From: Octopus vulgaris
Lineage: Eukaryota
Direction of reading: 5' to 3'
Length of the DNA: 64,000 bases
NCBI GenBank assembly: GCA_951406725.2
Contig: OX597827.1
Coordinates: 72,602,001 to 72,666,000, forward strand
How positions within the stretch are numbered: the stretch's first letter is position 1; each line of letters begins with the position of its first letter. Shown in pieces: positions 1-13,222 of the stretch. The notes beneath the pieces were generated by a model. It saw only the letters and a program-made list of their open reading frames with translations. It was not told the DNA's origin and made no database searches. Made by a program: the position numbers and the translations under genes.

Positions 1-109
1 GTGCAACAAATGTTTCTTTTTCACAGAAAGCAAAAGAGTAAGTGCTTCAGTCTGACCAGATGTGAACTGGTGTGAGACATGACAGCCAGGATGTAATACA
101 TGACAGAGG

Positions 110-326
110 CAACGCAGTGAGATGGCAGAAACATTAGCACGCCAGGCGAAATGCTTAACAGTATTTCATCTGTCTTTATGTTCTGAGTTCAAATTCCACC
201 GAAGTTGACTTTGCCTTTCATCCTTTCAGGGTCGATAAATTAAGTACCAGTTGCATCCTGAGGTTGATCTAATTGACTGGCTTGCTCCCCCCAAATTTCG
301 GGCCTTGTGCCTAGAGCAGAAAAGAA
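110..326 (+). mobile_element. tRNA-derived SINE family B (other copies at about 4452-4640+, 5430-5630-, 5730-5960-, 8040-8255-, 35670-35900-, 41635-41850-, 63083-63280-)
   Basis: Recurrent ggcagaaac.ttagcacgcc..gttcaaattcc.ccgaggtcgactttgcc...gataaattaagtaccag core with a B-box-like GTTCAAATTCC. Confidence 0.8.
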
Positions 327-409
327 TATATGATAGAGGTGATGTATATGTTCACCACTTCTATCTGACCTTTCAGGGATAGCTGCCTCTCAGTCCATTT
401 CTGGGTGCT

Positions 410-870
410 TCTCATCCCATCTCATTTCTTCTCCACCTGGAGGTCTGGATCACACCAGACTCTAAGCAGTTTAACTGGCCCATTTGTATATTGAACAGCA
501 TGGCCCTGCTTCTCCAGGCGTTGAGCTGATCATACCGGATCCTAAGCAATTTAATTGGCCCATCTGTCCACTGTCCTATAATGCTATTGAATAGCATGGC
601 CCTGCCTCTCCAGGTGCTGAGCTGCAGGCCCACTGATGTTTCTTGGTCCTGTCATTACCTCAGATTCCTTCAGAGTAATACTGATCAAGTCCATGTTTCT
701 AATGTCTGACAGAATGATGGTGGCATTGTCTGCATATGTCGACATGGTTCTTCCACATCCTAGTTTGCATAGGATGTCCCTTGATGTCTTCAGATTCTGT
801 AGGAGTGGCTCTAAAGTCAATACATATAGATGGGATGAGAGGGGACAAACTTGATGGACCAAATACAGGC
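410..870 (-). mobile_element. Degenerate L1/Tx1-type LINE reverse transcriptase fragment
   Basis: QVCPLSSHLYVLTLEPLL...YADNATI corresponds to RT motifs QGCPLSP..EPL and YADD; frameshifted, with a short internal duplication. Confidence 0.75.
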
Positions 871-1825
871 ACAAGAGTAGTAATTTGAAAGGGAGGGTAT
901 TAACTGATACCATTGATCACGGTACTTGACAGGTACTTTATTTTATCTTTAACTTAGTGGTGTGACAAAGAGAGATTGATGAAATAGATACCAAACAAAA
1001 AAAGAAGTTCTGGGTCAAGATCATCAATTATTGGCTGATTAGTTGAAACCCTTCTAGAGAGTGCTCCAGCTTGACCGTAATTCAATGACTGGAACAAACA
1101 TAATAGTAACTTGTAGAGTGATAGAAAGCAAAGATGACTTCAACAGGAATTGAAATCAGAAAGTAAGAGCTGAAACTCAGTACTACCGTCTGTAGCAACT
1201 TATGTATCTCAAGTCAGTGGAGAAGCTTCTATGTAGTCAGTCAATGTGCTAGAAAATATAGTTAAATCTCTCTCAAATTACATCCTACTATTCTAAAAGT
1301 GGGAAGGACATATCAGATAATGTAAACTTTAAATGTACACTGTGTCTGAATACAAAACAGGACGGTCACGGTTGGAATGCTTTTGATCTATGGTCTACTT
1401 GATCAGGATTGATCGAAGGCTAAACAACAATGTCAATTCCACAGCTGGGTCTTTCCCCAGATTTGTCTGTTGCTGAGATCAGAGTCCATAGACTCTCTTA
1501 GCCTCTAAAAACGTGAACAAAAATAACATGGTGAGTACAAAATACCAGGTATGTTTAGCTCCATAAACCACCTCCAGGTGTCTTTCAGTGCACGTCTGTG
1601 TTCTTATCAGTGCAGATACATAATATACAGGTTGCAGTTAATGCTGTATACAGCACAAAGGCTGGGGCATTGATTTGAGACCTAAAACTATTTTCTGTTA
1701 TCAAAAACTGTCAACACTTGACAAAGTATGAGTCAAAGAAGTGAAAGTAGACGTGGTGGTGGTGAGACTATAAGTGTTTGATAAGCCTGCTAGAAATAGC
1801 AGCTAAACATTTCTCAAATCATACC

Positions 1826-2236
1826 TCTTTTACTTGTTTCAGTCATTTGACTGTGACCATGCTGGAGCACCACCTTTTAGTCGAGCAAATCGACCCCGGG
1901 ACTTATTCTTTGTAAGCTCAGTACTTATTCTATCGGTCTCTTTTGCCGAACCGCTAAGTGACGGGAACGTAAACACACCAGCATCGGTTGTCAAGCAATG
2001 CTAGGGGGACAAACACAGACACACAAACACACACACACACATACATGTATATATATATATATATACATATATACGACAGGCTTCTTTCAGTTTCCGTCTA
2101 CCAAATCCATTCACAAGGCATTGATCGGCCTGGGGCTATAATAGAAGACACTTGCCCAAGATGCCACACAGTGGGACTGAACCCGGAACCATGTGGTTGG
2201 TAAGCAAGCTACTTACCACACAGCCACTCCTGCGCC
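1826..2236 (-). mobile_element. tRNA-derived SINE family A with internal (TA/CA)n (other copies at about 18256-18736+, 24863-25189-, 25229-25615+, 35940-36410+, 38577-39130+, 52220-52620-)
   Basis: ggcgcaggagtggctgtgtggtaag...ggttcagtcccactg head with Pol III A/B-box-like motifs; tail ...gactgaaacaagtaaaag; many dispersed copies. Confidence 0.85.
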
Positions 2237-3184
2237 TAGACATCTTTAAAAAGGAAGGATGCATTAGATAATAAAACAATTCTCAGATGGAATTTCAAAC
2301 CATGAGTTTTTGATTGTTTGATCGACTGAGAAATTGTGTTCATTGGATTAGCATGTATATGGTTGAGTATTCCACAGAGATGCACATCCTTAATGTAATT
2401 CCAGAACAGAATGTGTGAATTACAGGTACAATCCATCAGGCAGGCTTCTACACAGTTTCCATCTTCCCAATTTCATTCACATGATTCGTGTCATCCCAAA
2501 GCTATGATAAATGACATTCATCTGAAATGCCACACTGAGATTGAACCTGAGACCTCACAAGCAACTACGACCCAATAGCATGTGCCATATTTTTGCTAAT
2601 TATTTTAGATATCTATGTAGTTGCAGGTGAAGGCATGAGGCTCAGTGGTTAAGGTATTCAGCTCATGATTAAAAAGTTGTGAGTTCAATTCCTGGTGGCT
2701 CACTGTGTCCTTGAGCAAGACACTTTATCTCACTTTGCTCCAGTCCACTCATCTGACAAAAGTAAGTTGTACCTGTAGATTAAAGGGTCAGCCTTGTCAC
2801 ATTCAGTGTGTTACGCTGAATCTCCCCAAGAACTACGTTAAGAATATGCATGTCTGTGGAGTACTCAGCTACTTGCACATTAATTTCATGAGGAGGATGT
2901 TTCACTGAACGGCTCAATTGGGACCCTTGTCACCATAACAGACGAAGTGCCAGTTGCAAGCAGACATAGATACCTTCTCATTCAACCCTCCTACCTTTGG
3001 CCCAGCAGAACATCAAGGTTGTGGCAGCTTAAAGGAGAGAGAGGGGACTACACAAGCCCTGCTACTTGTTTTTAGCTGAGTTGAATGGAGCAATATGAAA
3101 TAAAGTGCCTTGCTCAAGGACACACTGTGTTGCCTAGTCCAGGGATTGAACCCACGATCTAATTGTTGTAAATCCACCACTCTC

Positions 3185-3493
3185 TCTTCTCTTCACCCTT
3201 TTCAAGCCTATCCAGGCTCATGGGCTCGGTTTCCCGGTTTCTCTGGCGTACGTGTTCTCCCCAACTGGACTGGACGCCAGTCCATTGCAGTGTTACTCAA
3301 GAAACAGGAAGAGAGAGTGATAGAAAGTTGTGGTGAAAGAGTACAACAAGGGTCGCCACACCCCCTGCCAGAGCCTCATGGAGCTTTAAGTGTTTTCACT
3401 CAATAAACACACACAACGCTCGGTCTGGGAATTGAAACCATGATCCTCCAACTGCAAGTCCGCTGCCCTAACCACTGGGCCATTGCGCCTCCA
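3185..3493 (-). mobile_element. SINE family C copy nested in another SINE
   Basis: Same head as 62143-62529; flanked by the near-identical repeats aaatccaccact / aaacccaccact. Confidence 0.75.
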
Positions 3494-5050
3494 AAAACCC
3501 ACCACTAGGACATAAAAAAACAGAAATCTTCAACCATATTTATCTCACTAGTCCAGGAGGATCTGTTAAGCTGGTGGTCACTTACCCTTCGCTGAAAACC
3601 CCATAAAAAATAATACACCTAAGACCCTAACCCAAATCCCTCTTTGAATAAACTGGACAAATTCAAAGACATTCTCTATCATTTATACTCTCTCTTGGTT
3701 GTCCACAGTCTAAAAAAAAATCAAAATATGTCTGGATATATTTTAGAAAGCTATGTGTATGTGAATTTCTGCCTTTATTTCCACATTGTAAAAACATCAA
3801 TCTATACAGACAGAATTAAAGGTTAACTTTATCTTAATTTCACCTTAATTATCAATACTGTTTCCTCTCTCTACCCTTACTGCTGCAGCTGATATCATGG
3901 CCTCTGCTCTTTCTTCATATTCTCTTCAGCCATCAGCAACCATCTGGTTTTCTCTTCTCCTGCATCTTTTCATACCATGCTCACTTTATTTATTTCCAGG
4001 CTTCACATATCCTCCACATTCATACAATACAATATCACATGTGTTCACAAGTATCATACAACTTGCCCTTCACTCCAAGAGAGAGAGAGAGAGAAAGAGA
4101 AAGAACCTAACAGGTTTCAGGGAGCTACTAACAGGGAAAAAAGTGCAGGGTCCACCTCATTTTTACTTTCATTACACCCACCTCCACTGCTACTAAGGTT
4201 GCCTAGGAAACAGTTGCCATCAACTACATCTAGTAAGCCTTCTACAAATTTTTCCAGACCATGCTCACTTTATTTATTTCCAGGCGTTAGGAAGGGCATC
4301 CAGCTGTAGAAACATTGCCAGATCAGATTGGAGCCTGGTGCAGCCGCTGGCTCTCCAGACCTCAGTCAAACCGTCCAACCCATGCCAGCATGGAAAACAA
4401 ATGTTAAACGATGATGATGATGATGATGATGATGATTAGTCTGGCTGCTAAAGGCAGTGAACTGGCAGAATCATTAGCATTTCACCTGACTTTATGTTCC
4501 AAGTTCAAATTCCACCGAGGTCATCTTTACTTGTCTTCCTTTCAGGGTCGATAAAATAAGTACCATTTGAACACTGAGGTTGATGTAATCAACTTACCCC
4601 TTCCCCCGAAATTGCTGGCCTTGTGCTTATTGTAGAAAAGCATATTAGTCTAGCTTCTCTCTTTTGACCTGTCCAGCATGGGAGACCCCTACCAGGAGCA
4701 TGCATTCCACTGGTATAGCTCTCAGGGTCCTTGAGGTGTACAAGCCACCACACCACAACAAAGAGTGGAACTTGTGGTTGGTGAATGGGATAGGTGTTCC
4801 TGTGATTCAAAGGTCCAGCCTTGTCACGTATAATAATGCCACACTAATTCAACCTGTGAATCATATTAAGGGTACATGTAGCTGAATTATTAAGGGTATA
4901 CGCACCCGTAAAATGCTCGGCTATTTTCATGTTAATTTAATAAGCATTGTAATTCACTTGATTGAATAACTAAAGGCTTATAGTCAAAACCAACAGAGGA
5001 TTTGTACTTACCATGAGAATTATAAAAGGATTATAAAACAAGTGACTTAT

Positions 5051-5099
<49 letters not shown>

Positions 5100-5104
5100 T
5101 AATA

Positions 5105-5420
5105 ATGAGAGATATTACAGGTTTGCTTGGGAAGTTAAGCAATTGTGATCAATGAAAAAGGTAGCAGTAGTACCAATAATTGTCGAAGCTCTGGGAACAG
5201 TGAGCAAAATAGGGGCTGCAATAAGGGTGGAGCACTTGCAGAAAACAGCACTGCTTGTAACTGCTTGAATACTCCAGAAGGTGCTCAAAAAATAAGAGGT
5301 GTAACCAGGGTAAAGGATGGGGGGAACAACACAAAGACAGACATAAAGTGTGGGCGTTGGTTTACATATAGCGAAATGATAAAATAATTAAAGAAGTAAC
5401 AAAAGAAAAATACAAAAATT
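5105..5420 (+). mobile_element. R4/Dong-like (RLE) non-LTR retrotransposon 3' fragment inserted in (TAA)n
   Basis: Translation AWEVKQL*SMKKVAVVPIIVEALGTVSK..LQKTALLVTA*ILQKVL matches the R4/Dong C-terminus; TAA repeats on both sides. Confidence 0.7.
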
Positions 5421-5660
5421 AATAATGATAATCTTTTCTACTATAGGCACAAGGCCTGAAATTTTTGGGAGAGAGGACAAGTTGATTGCATCAACCCCAG
5501 TATATCACTGGTACTTCTTTCATTGACCCTGAAAGGATGAAAGGCATTTGGACTCTGAATGTAAACATGGATGAAATGCCACAAAGCAGTTTGCCTGGCA
5601 TGTTAATCATTCTGCCTGCTTGCTGCCTTAATGGTAGAAGTAACAACAACAACAACAATA

Positions 5661-5716
<56 letters not shown>

Positions 5717-6004
5717 GTGATGATGATTTCAAATTTATGCTGCAAAAGCAGCTTGGTGGAGGGGATTAAGTCAATTACATTGATCCCAGTGTATAACTGG
5801 TACTTATTTAATCGCCCCCCCCCCCCCCAATAACAAAAAACATGAAAGGCAAAGTTAACCAGTTAACCATGGCAGCATTTGAACTCAGAATGTAGCGATG
5901 GGTGAAATACCACTAGGCATTTTGCTCAGCGTGCTAACGATTCTGACAGTTCACAACCTTAAATAATGATAATGATAATAGTAACAATAATAATAATGAT
6001 GATG

Positions 6005-6288
6005 AAAATGTCGCTAGAAGCTAGGATCACCAAGCATAGATTGGCATATTTCGGTCATATTATGCAGAGAAAATCCCTAGAGAAGGACATCATGCCCAGA
6101 ATTGTCAGTGGCAAGAGAGGAAGAGGCCGACCAAGAACCCGCTGGCTTGACACCATCAAGAGTGATACCGGAATGGACATGGCCAGTCTGAAGGAAGCAG
6201 CCCAGGTTAGAACTGACTGGAGGACACTGATCCAACGAGTAACCGAGAGTCGACTTCGACTGAGTGGATAGATAGATAGATAGATAGA
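6005..6288 (+). mobile_element. RTE-clade LINE 3' end with (GATA)n tail
   Basis: RLAYFGHIMQR..LEKDIM..VSGKRGRGRPRTRWLDTIK..WRTLIQRVT, the typical RTE/BovB C-terminus, still open. Confidence 0.85.
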
Positions 6289-6306
6289 TGATGATGATGA
6301 TGATGA

Positions 6307-6347
<41 letters not shown>

Positions 6348-7159
6348 ATAATAATAATAATAATAATGATAATAATAATAATAATAATAATAACTGGCCT
6401 GATGCAGTACAAGGCAGTGGCTTTCATGGCTCCTGATCTTAACTGATTGGAAATGCTATCATGTACATTGTTTTGTCTTGGTATAAAAGATGGGCTACAG
6501 CTAATATTCTGCTCAATACCACAGACTTGCTTGTCAGTTGTTTGACCTTAACCAGTTGAGCATGTCTCTTAGTGGCTGACGATATGTGCATCTCTGATCC
6601 TGAGCAGAAGTAGTGGGGGAGCATCGTAGCCGTATGTTCAAAGGAATTCTTAGAGGTTTGGATAATTCACCTTTGGAGACTTGGGTGGTTCGTTCAACAT
6701 CTTTAAACAATCCTTATTCAGGGACATTTTGAGCGGGATGGGCTACTCGACCCGAAGAAAATTCTAACTGGGCTCCACCTGCAAGGTCATGTGCTGTTTA
6801 ACTTGATATGAGATCACCATGTCGCGTACACATGATGGTGATGCATGTGCCTGATGTACCGTTCTCAGACAGGTGGTCATGGCAGGTATTCTGGACTTTG
6901 TACTCCAGTGTCAATTTGATGGCATGCACCGCTCTCTCACTCAATAATAATAATAATAATAACGATTATAATAATAATAATAATAATAATAATGATAATA
7001 ATAATAATGTTTTGAATTTGAGCACAAGGCCAGCAATTGTAGGAGGATGGTGTTATAATAGTAACAATTCTTTATTGGCCAAATGACACATCTTAATAAA
7101 TGTTATGCCTAAATGGTCTGCCTTGAAAAAAAAAGCATTTTTTTCCAAACATCATGTTC

Positions 7160-7308
7160 ATGATGCTGTTGTTGATAGTGATGATGATGGTAATGGGGTG
7201 GTGATGGTGATGGTGGTGGTGGTGGTGGTTGTCGTCATGATAGTGAAAGTAGCATCAGTGATGGAAGTAACGATGACGGTGATAAGGAAGATGATAATGA
7301 CTGTCGTT

Positions 7309-7339
<31 letters not shown>

Positions 7340-7637
7340 CGTTGATGATGATGATGATGATGATGTTGATGATGATAATGATGATGATGATAATGATGAT
7401 GATGACGTTGTTGATGATGATGATGATGATGATGATAATGATGACGACGATGATGATTATGATGATGATGATAATGATGATGATGATAATGATGATGATG
7501 ATAATGATGATGATGACGAGTTGTTGTTGATGATGATGATGATAATGATGACGACGTTGATGATGATTATGATGATGATGATAATGATGACGACGTTGAT
7601 GATGATTATGATGATGATGATAATGATGATGATGATA

Positions 7638-7676
<39 letters not shown>

Positions 7677-8480
7677 GTGGTGATGTTGCTAGAGATACAG
7701 GTGGGTTGTGGCGCTGTCAACCCAGGCCGTGACCTCTGTTAAATACACCTCCAACGTTCATCTGTACCTCAGGTGGTTGTTGGATTATCCTCTTCCACAT
7801 AATCACCCGATTTAATTACTTCGCTTCCTACTTTTGATTTCTTCCTCTTCCTACTTCACCACAACCACCACCACAACCACCACTACTACTACCGCCAATG
7901 CCACGTACACCACCATCATCATCATCATCATCATCATCATTATCGCCATCATCGTCAATGTTGTTGATGTCATTATCATCATCATTGTCATGATCATGTC
8001 CATTATCACCATCACCATCACCACCACAACCACCACAACCTATTTCTTTACTACCCACAAGGGGCTAAACACAGGCAAACGGATTAAGTCAATTATATCA
8101 ACCCCAGTGCGTATCTGGTACTTAATTTATCGACCCTGAAAGGATAAAAGGCAAAGTCGACCTCGGCGGAATTTGAACTCAGAACGTAACGGCAGATGAA
8201 ATACGGCTACGCATTTCGCCCGGTGTGCTAACGTTTCTGCCAGCTCACCGCCTTATTTCCACAACCACCACAACCACCACAACCACCACCACTACCACCA
8301 CTACCACCACCACAACCACCGCTGCTGCCATGAAGACGACAACGATGAGCACCACCAAAACCACAACCACTGCCACTGCCACCATGCTGCCGCCGCCACT
8401 GCCACTTCTGCCACTGCTGACGACCATCACCACAACCCCGACCACAACTGCCACCGCCACCACCACCACCACCACCTTCT
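7160..8480. repeat. Compound (GAT/CAT/CAC)n trinucleotide microsatellite block
   Basis: Directly visible; generates poly-M/I/T pseudo-ORFs. Confidence 0.9.
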
Positions 8481-8483
8481 AGT

Positions 8484-8715
8484 GACCCTCAAGCATCCTT
8501 CCAGTGGCCCTCAAGCATCCTTTGAGTAACCCTCAAATACTCTTCCAGCAGCCCTCAAGCATCCTTCCAGCAGCCCTCAAACATCCTTCCAGCAGCCCTC
8601 AAGCACCCTTTCATTGGCCCTCAAGTATCCTTCCAGTGACCCTCAAGCATTCTTCTGGTGGCTCTCAGACATCCTTCTGGCAGCCCTTAAGCATTCTTCT
8701 GGCAACCCTTAGCAG
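8484..8715 (+). repeat. 22-bp minisatellite (ccctcaagcatccttccagcag, about 10 copies)
   Basis: Directly visible tandem copies that degenerate towards the 3' end. Confidence 0.85.
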
Positions 8716-9603
8716 TCTTCCCTCTATAAACATAATGAATTTTTCTTTAATTGACAAGTGTTTTACTTTTTTAATTTGCCCCACTAAAAATTATCCAGGT
8801 TTTAGATGTGGCCTGGATAATAAAACAGTTGAAAACCACTGATGTAGAGACAAAATCTTTTTGAAAAGAGATCAGGATATTTCTAATTAGTCTATCAATT
8901 TAGTTTATATTCAACACAGATAATTAACTATGGTTCAGTGAGGCATGAAATTAAATATAGTGGTGTCAAACATGTGCATGGCATTCACGTGTCTCCGCCG
9001 GTCGATGGAGATTATTGGTTGTTAAACTGACATTACACTCGGCACATGTGAATGGTGAGGGAATAATTAGTCAGAGAGTAACGGCTGTTATTTACTTATC
9101 AATTTTTATTGATCTTTGTACACATAATACATACATACATACATATATGCACATGCAAAAATACACTAAAAAACAGATGTACATTCACTGCTTCAATATG
9201 TATACACACATATGGATGAATACATATACATGCCCACACAAACACGTGTGTACACGCACACATACACACACACACACACACACATTCTCACACACACAGA
9301 CATGCACATGCATCTTCGTTTTGGGATCACCAATACTTTATTATCTCCTCTTCTTTCTACCTCTCCTGTCAAACCTTTTTCTTTCTCAACCAGTCCCTAT
9401 GCTTGATCGCTAAATCCACAAGTTTTTTCATTTTGTCTGTTTATTTTCTATTATTCTTTTCTGCTGAAGAGCATAGACTCAAAACATAGAAGACTCTTTC
9501 ACTTTCCCAAATGCCAACCTAATACACCTGCTTTTTGTTCATACACCTGTCTTCATCTTTTGTTTTTCTGTAAATTTCAACTATATATATGTGTGTGTGT
9601 ATG

Positions 9604-9666
<63 letters not shown>

Positions 9667-9956
9667 GTATTTATATATGTGTGTGTTTCTATATATATAT
9701 ATATATATATATTTTATCTATTATAGTAATAAGATAACAGGGAGGTAATTGATAAATTATAATTTATCAATTAAAAAATTGACAACATTAATAAATAATA
9801 ATTTATTAATCACCTCTCTATTCTCTTCTTCTTCTTCTTTTATTTCTTCTTCTTCTTCTTCTTCTTCTTCTATATATATGTATATATATATATGTATATA
9901 TATATATGTATATATATATGTATATATATATATATATATACATAGACATATATATA

Positions 9957-9992
<36 letters not shown>

Positions 9993-10024
9993 CATATATA
10001 TGTATATATATGTATATATGTATG

Positions 10025-10074
<50 letters not shown>

Positions 10075-11049
10075 TTTATGTTAGGGTCCTAGCTGTGGGT
10101 TGACTAGCATATGAGAGATGGGACATAGAAATACTTGCATTGACGCCTGAGGGCGCAATAGGCCTGGTCCATGTGAAGGCATCCCTCTAGGAGAAGGCTA
10201 TATCATATATAAAACCTGATGTTCTACTGAGCTGGATTTCTTGTATTTTGCTTGTCTCTGAGTTTCTTGGTATTTATTGGTGGAAGTCATTATGGTGGTG
10301 TGCAAACGGTATTTGACTTAAAACCCTTGGCTGGCCAGTTGCTGACTTTCACCGGTCAGCAATTGGCTATGCTTATCAAGTAAGAAGGCTGTTGTCATTG
10401 CAGGCAATGCTGTGTGGTAAGAAGCTTGCTTCCCGATCACATGGTTTCTGATCACATGGTTTCTGATCACATGGTTCCTGATCACATAACTATGATATCC
10501 CTTGGCTTGGCGAGTCTTCTCAAGCACAGCAAATCATCATACATACATACATACATACAGTCATATATTTATGTCTGGTGCCTACTGTATCAGTCTCATT
10601 TGATGAACTGCTATGTTAGTGGGGTGGGACAAAAACAAACCATCCTAGATTGTGAAGCACATACACAAATACACACATACAAACAAACACAATGATGCAA
10701 ACACACACAACACATACATGATTGGCTTCCACACAGTTTCCATCCACCAAATTAATGATTTGGTATGTTGTTGAAGCAGAGGCACATATATGGCCAGTGA
10801 ATGGTTATGAGTGCTGCAAACGTGGGACAGAAAATCTCAGAGCTTACAAGGTAATGATACAATGTTCCCAAACATGTCACCATACAATAATTCACTTTGT
10901 ATAAAACATAGAATACATTAAACCAGAGACACCCATAATCTCTTGAACATTGTCAAAATATTCCGTCAGAGCTTCACTGTCATCAGTCATTATTAAATAT
11001 TCAAAGACGGTGAGCTGGTAGAAACGTTAGCATGCCGGGTGAAAAGGAT

Positions 11050-11480
11050 GTTGCCTCCACAGAAATAGGAGAAGCCCTCATGGTGTTGTCCAACATGTCT
11101 ACTAACCGCAATAGTAAGGTCACTGTCATTTGTTAAAAAGCCTGTCTGTAGGAGTCTCACAATGATGGATTTCCTGTTTGTCTAGTATCTTGTTGTGTTG
11201 CATATGTTGAAGATAAATCTTGCTGTCTGTTATCCCAAACTAGCTTCAGCATAATTATTCTATGACCGACTCTGACAACCCCAATTACCTTATCTGTCCT
11301 TTTCTCTGTTGACAATTCGTCTATTCCATAGTTTTTATCTACTCAGAAGAATTTCTGCTTTTGCTTCTTACTCTTAAAGAATCTGGCTGAGGTTTCTTTC
11401 CATCATAGCTCTTGCAAACAGCACACATCTGTTGGTATGTTCCAGAATCTCCACAATCTTTCCTGACCTACCATTTATCA
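11050..11480 (-). mobile_element. Degenerate RTE LINE AP-endonuclease fragment
   Basis: Minus-strand translation fragments GRSGKIVEILE and DKVIGVVRVGHRIIMLKLV, with frameshifts. Confidence 0.6.
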
Positions 11481-11641
11481 GGCTGGCGTTGGTGTATGTA
11501 TGTATGTATAAGTGTGTGCATGTGTGTGTGTGTGTGTGCATATATGTGTGTGTGTATAATCATGTGAGGAAATATTAATATGAGGTAGAAGACAACTAGA
11601 CAGACAGAGTTAAATAGATAGATGGATAGATATATAGATAA

Positions 11642-11714
<73 letters not shown>

Positions 11715-11873
11715 AATATAATACCCGCATTTTCCAACGTAAGCCTGGGCCAAACAAGAATGTACGTAACATCTTTCAATGCATGTAAATCATTGAATCA
11801 GTTAAACACAATGTTTTTCAAAGCTGACATAAATATATTTTGATAAGTTTACTTATTGTATCAAATATTCAAA

Positions 11874-12774
11874 TCTTTATATATAAAAGTGAAGTTGTGT
11901 GTCTGTCTCCTACGATTTAGATTCCTAACTACTCCCACATTTTGCGGTGCACTGTAACCAAAAGCGGGTATCTTATAGTCGTGATTCATATCGAGCCCTT
12001 CTGGGTATTAGCGCGCGTCTACGATGAGTCTACGATTTTAAAAATAATTTACCATAATTTTTTTCCATTTTAACGCATATTTTTTCGTGTGTCGATGGCG
12101 GCGGAGTTGGCGTCCATGCTCACACCTGCACCTGTGTTGCTTCTCCCCCTTCTTCCCTCCCTCGTGAAGCTGTGGGGAAGGGAGTGTAAGGAAATCAACG
12201 TCGTAAAGCGTTGTCAAGGAGACCAGCGTTCTTTTAGAACAACGACTTCATGGCTTGAAGTCGCCAAAACAGAAATCGCTAAAAAAGCTGAAACAGATCC
12301 ACAAAAACGGCAAAAACCGCCACACAGGGCAGGTTTCCTGTGCAAACAACTTGCACAACCGAATGTTTTAGTTGTTGCACAAATCTTTATATATAAAAGT
12401 GAAGTTGTGTGTCTGTCTCCTACGATTTAGATTCCTAACTACTCCCACATTTTGCGGTGCAGTTTAACCAAAACCGGGTATCTTATAGTCGTGATTCATA
12501 TCGAGCCCTTTTGGGTATTAGCGCGCGTCTACGATGAGTCTACGATTAAAAAAAAAATTACCATTTTTTCCCATTTTTAATGCATTTTTTTGCTATTATA
12601 TAAGGGAAGTAACTCTCTAAAAATGTATTATTAAATCTCAGAACGTAAAAAGCTACAGTAACACACCCCTTTGTGGTTAGCCATATTGAGATGGCTATTA
12701 TACTTTACATCTCTAAAAATGATTATATAGTTATTTCCCTTACAAACCCGAGCAACGCCGGGCGATACTGCTAG
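11874..12774 (+). mobile_element. Non-autonomous Helitron with duplicated 5' end
   Basis: A^TC start at 11874 and again at 12384 (about 180 bp nearly identical); 3' hairpin cccgagcaacgccggg followed by CTAG^T at 12771-12775; no TSD. Confidence 0.85.
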
Positions 12775-12824
12775 TTACATTTTAAAATAATTAATTTAAT
12801 ACTGTAAAGTATTGTGTTGTCATT

Positions 12825-12853
12825 TATATCTTCTTTTCTTTCTATCTTTTCAG
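12825..12853 (+). promoter_or_regulatory. 3' splice site opening the exon that carries the 1202-aa ORF (5' UTR part 12854-13222)
   Basis: Long polypyrimidine tract tatcttcttttctttctatcttttcag followed by a switch to unique, CpG-containing sequence. Confidence 0.6.
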
Positions 12854-13222
12854 GCGAATTACACGTACGCAGCAGAGAACGCCATTTCACGAAAACTTAA
12901 GCCTTTATCCGTTATTGTACCGCGAAGTCATTTGCGCTACTCTCTGGACCAAAATGCAAATATTAGCTAAAAGTCTAAACGAGGAAAATTTGCTTGGTTA
13001 AAAATCAAAACAAGGAACACAGATAAGAGTTTAGTCAATTTGACTAAGATTAAAACTTAGACAACATTGAATCAAAGTCCATGCGATAGTGGGAAAGATT
13101 GTAACAAACCTGGAAAAGCTAAAGAAACTACAGCTTAAAACATCAAAAAGAAGCATAATGACCCTCGTTAGTCAAAGCCGTTGTTTTGTTTGCAATAGCG
13201 GGTACAAGTAGAAAAGAAAACC

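Noticed and set aside
9455-9495. Hammerhead-like CTGAAGA..AAAAC motif (also 45313, 56110-56140 on the minus strand, and 58989)
   Set aside because: Core GAAA or stems are mutated; at best dead Penelope-type remnants, so not reported as ribozymes.
7105-10103. ORFs rich in poly-M, poly-I, YIYI or HTHT (here and at 18-30 kb, 38.5-39.3 kb, 45.5-45.9 kb and 58.3-59.1 kb)
   Set aside because: Translations of (GAT)n, (TA)n, (CA)n and (TATG)n microsatellites; not genes.
12089-12430. 113-aa ORF as an N-terminal exon of the large ORF
   Set aside because: Lies wholly within the Helitron, and the large ORF has an in-frame stop just upstream of its own ATG.
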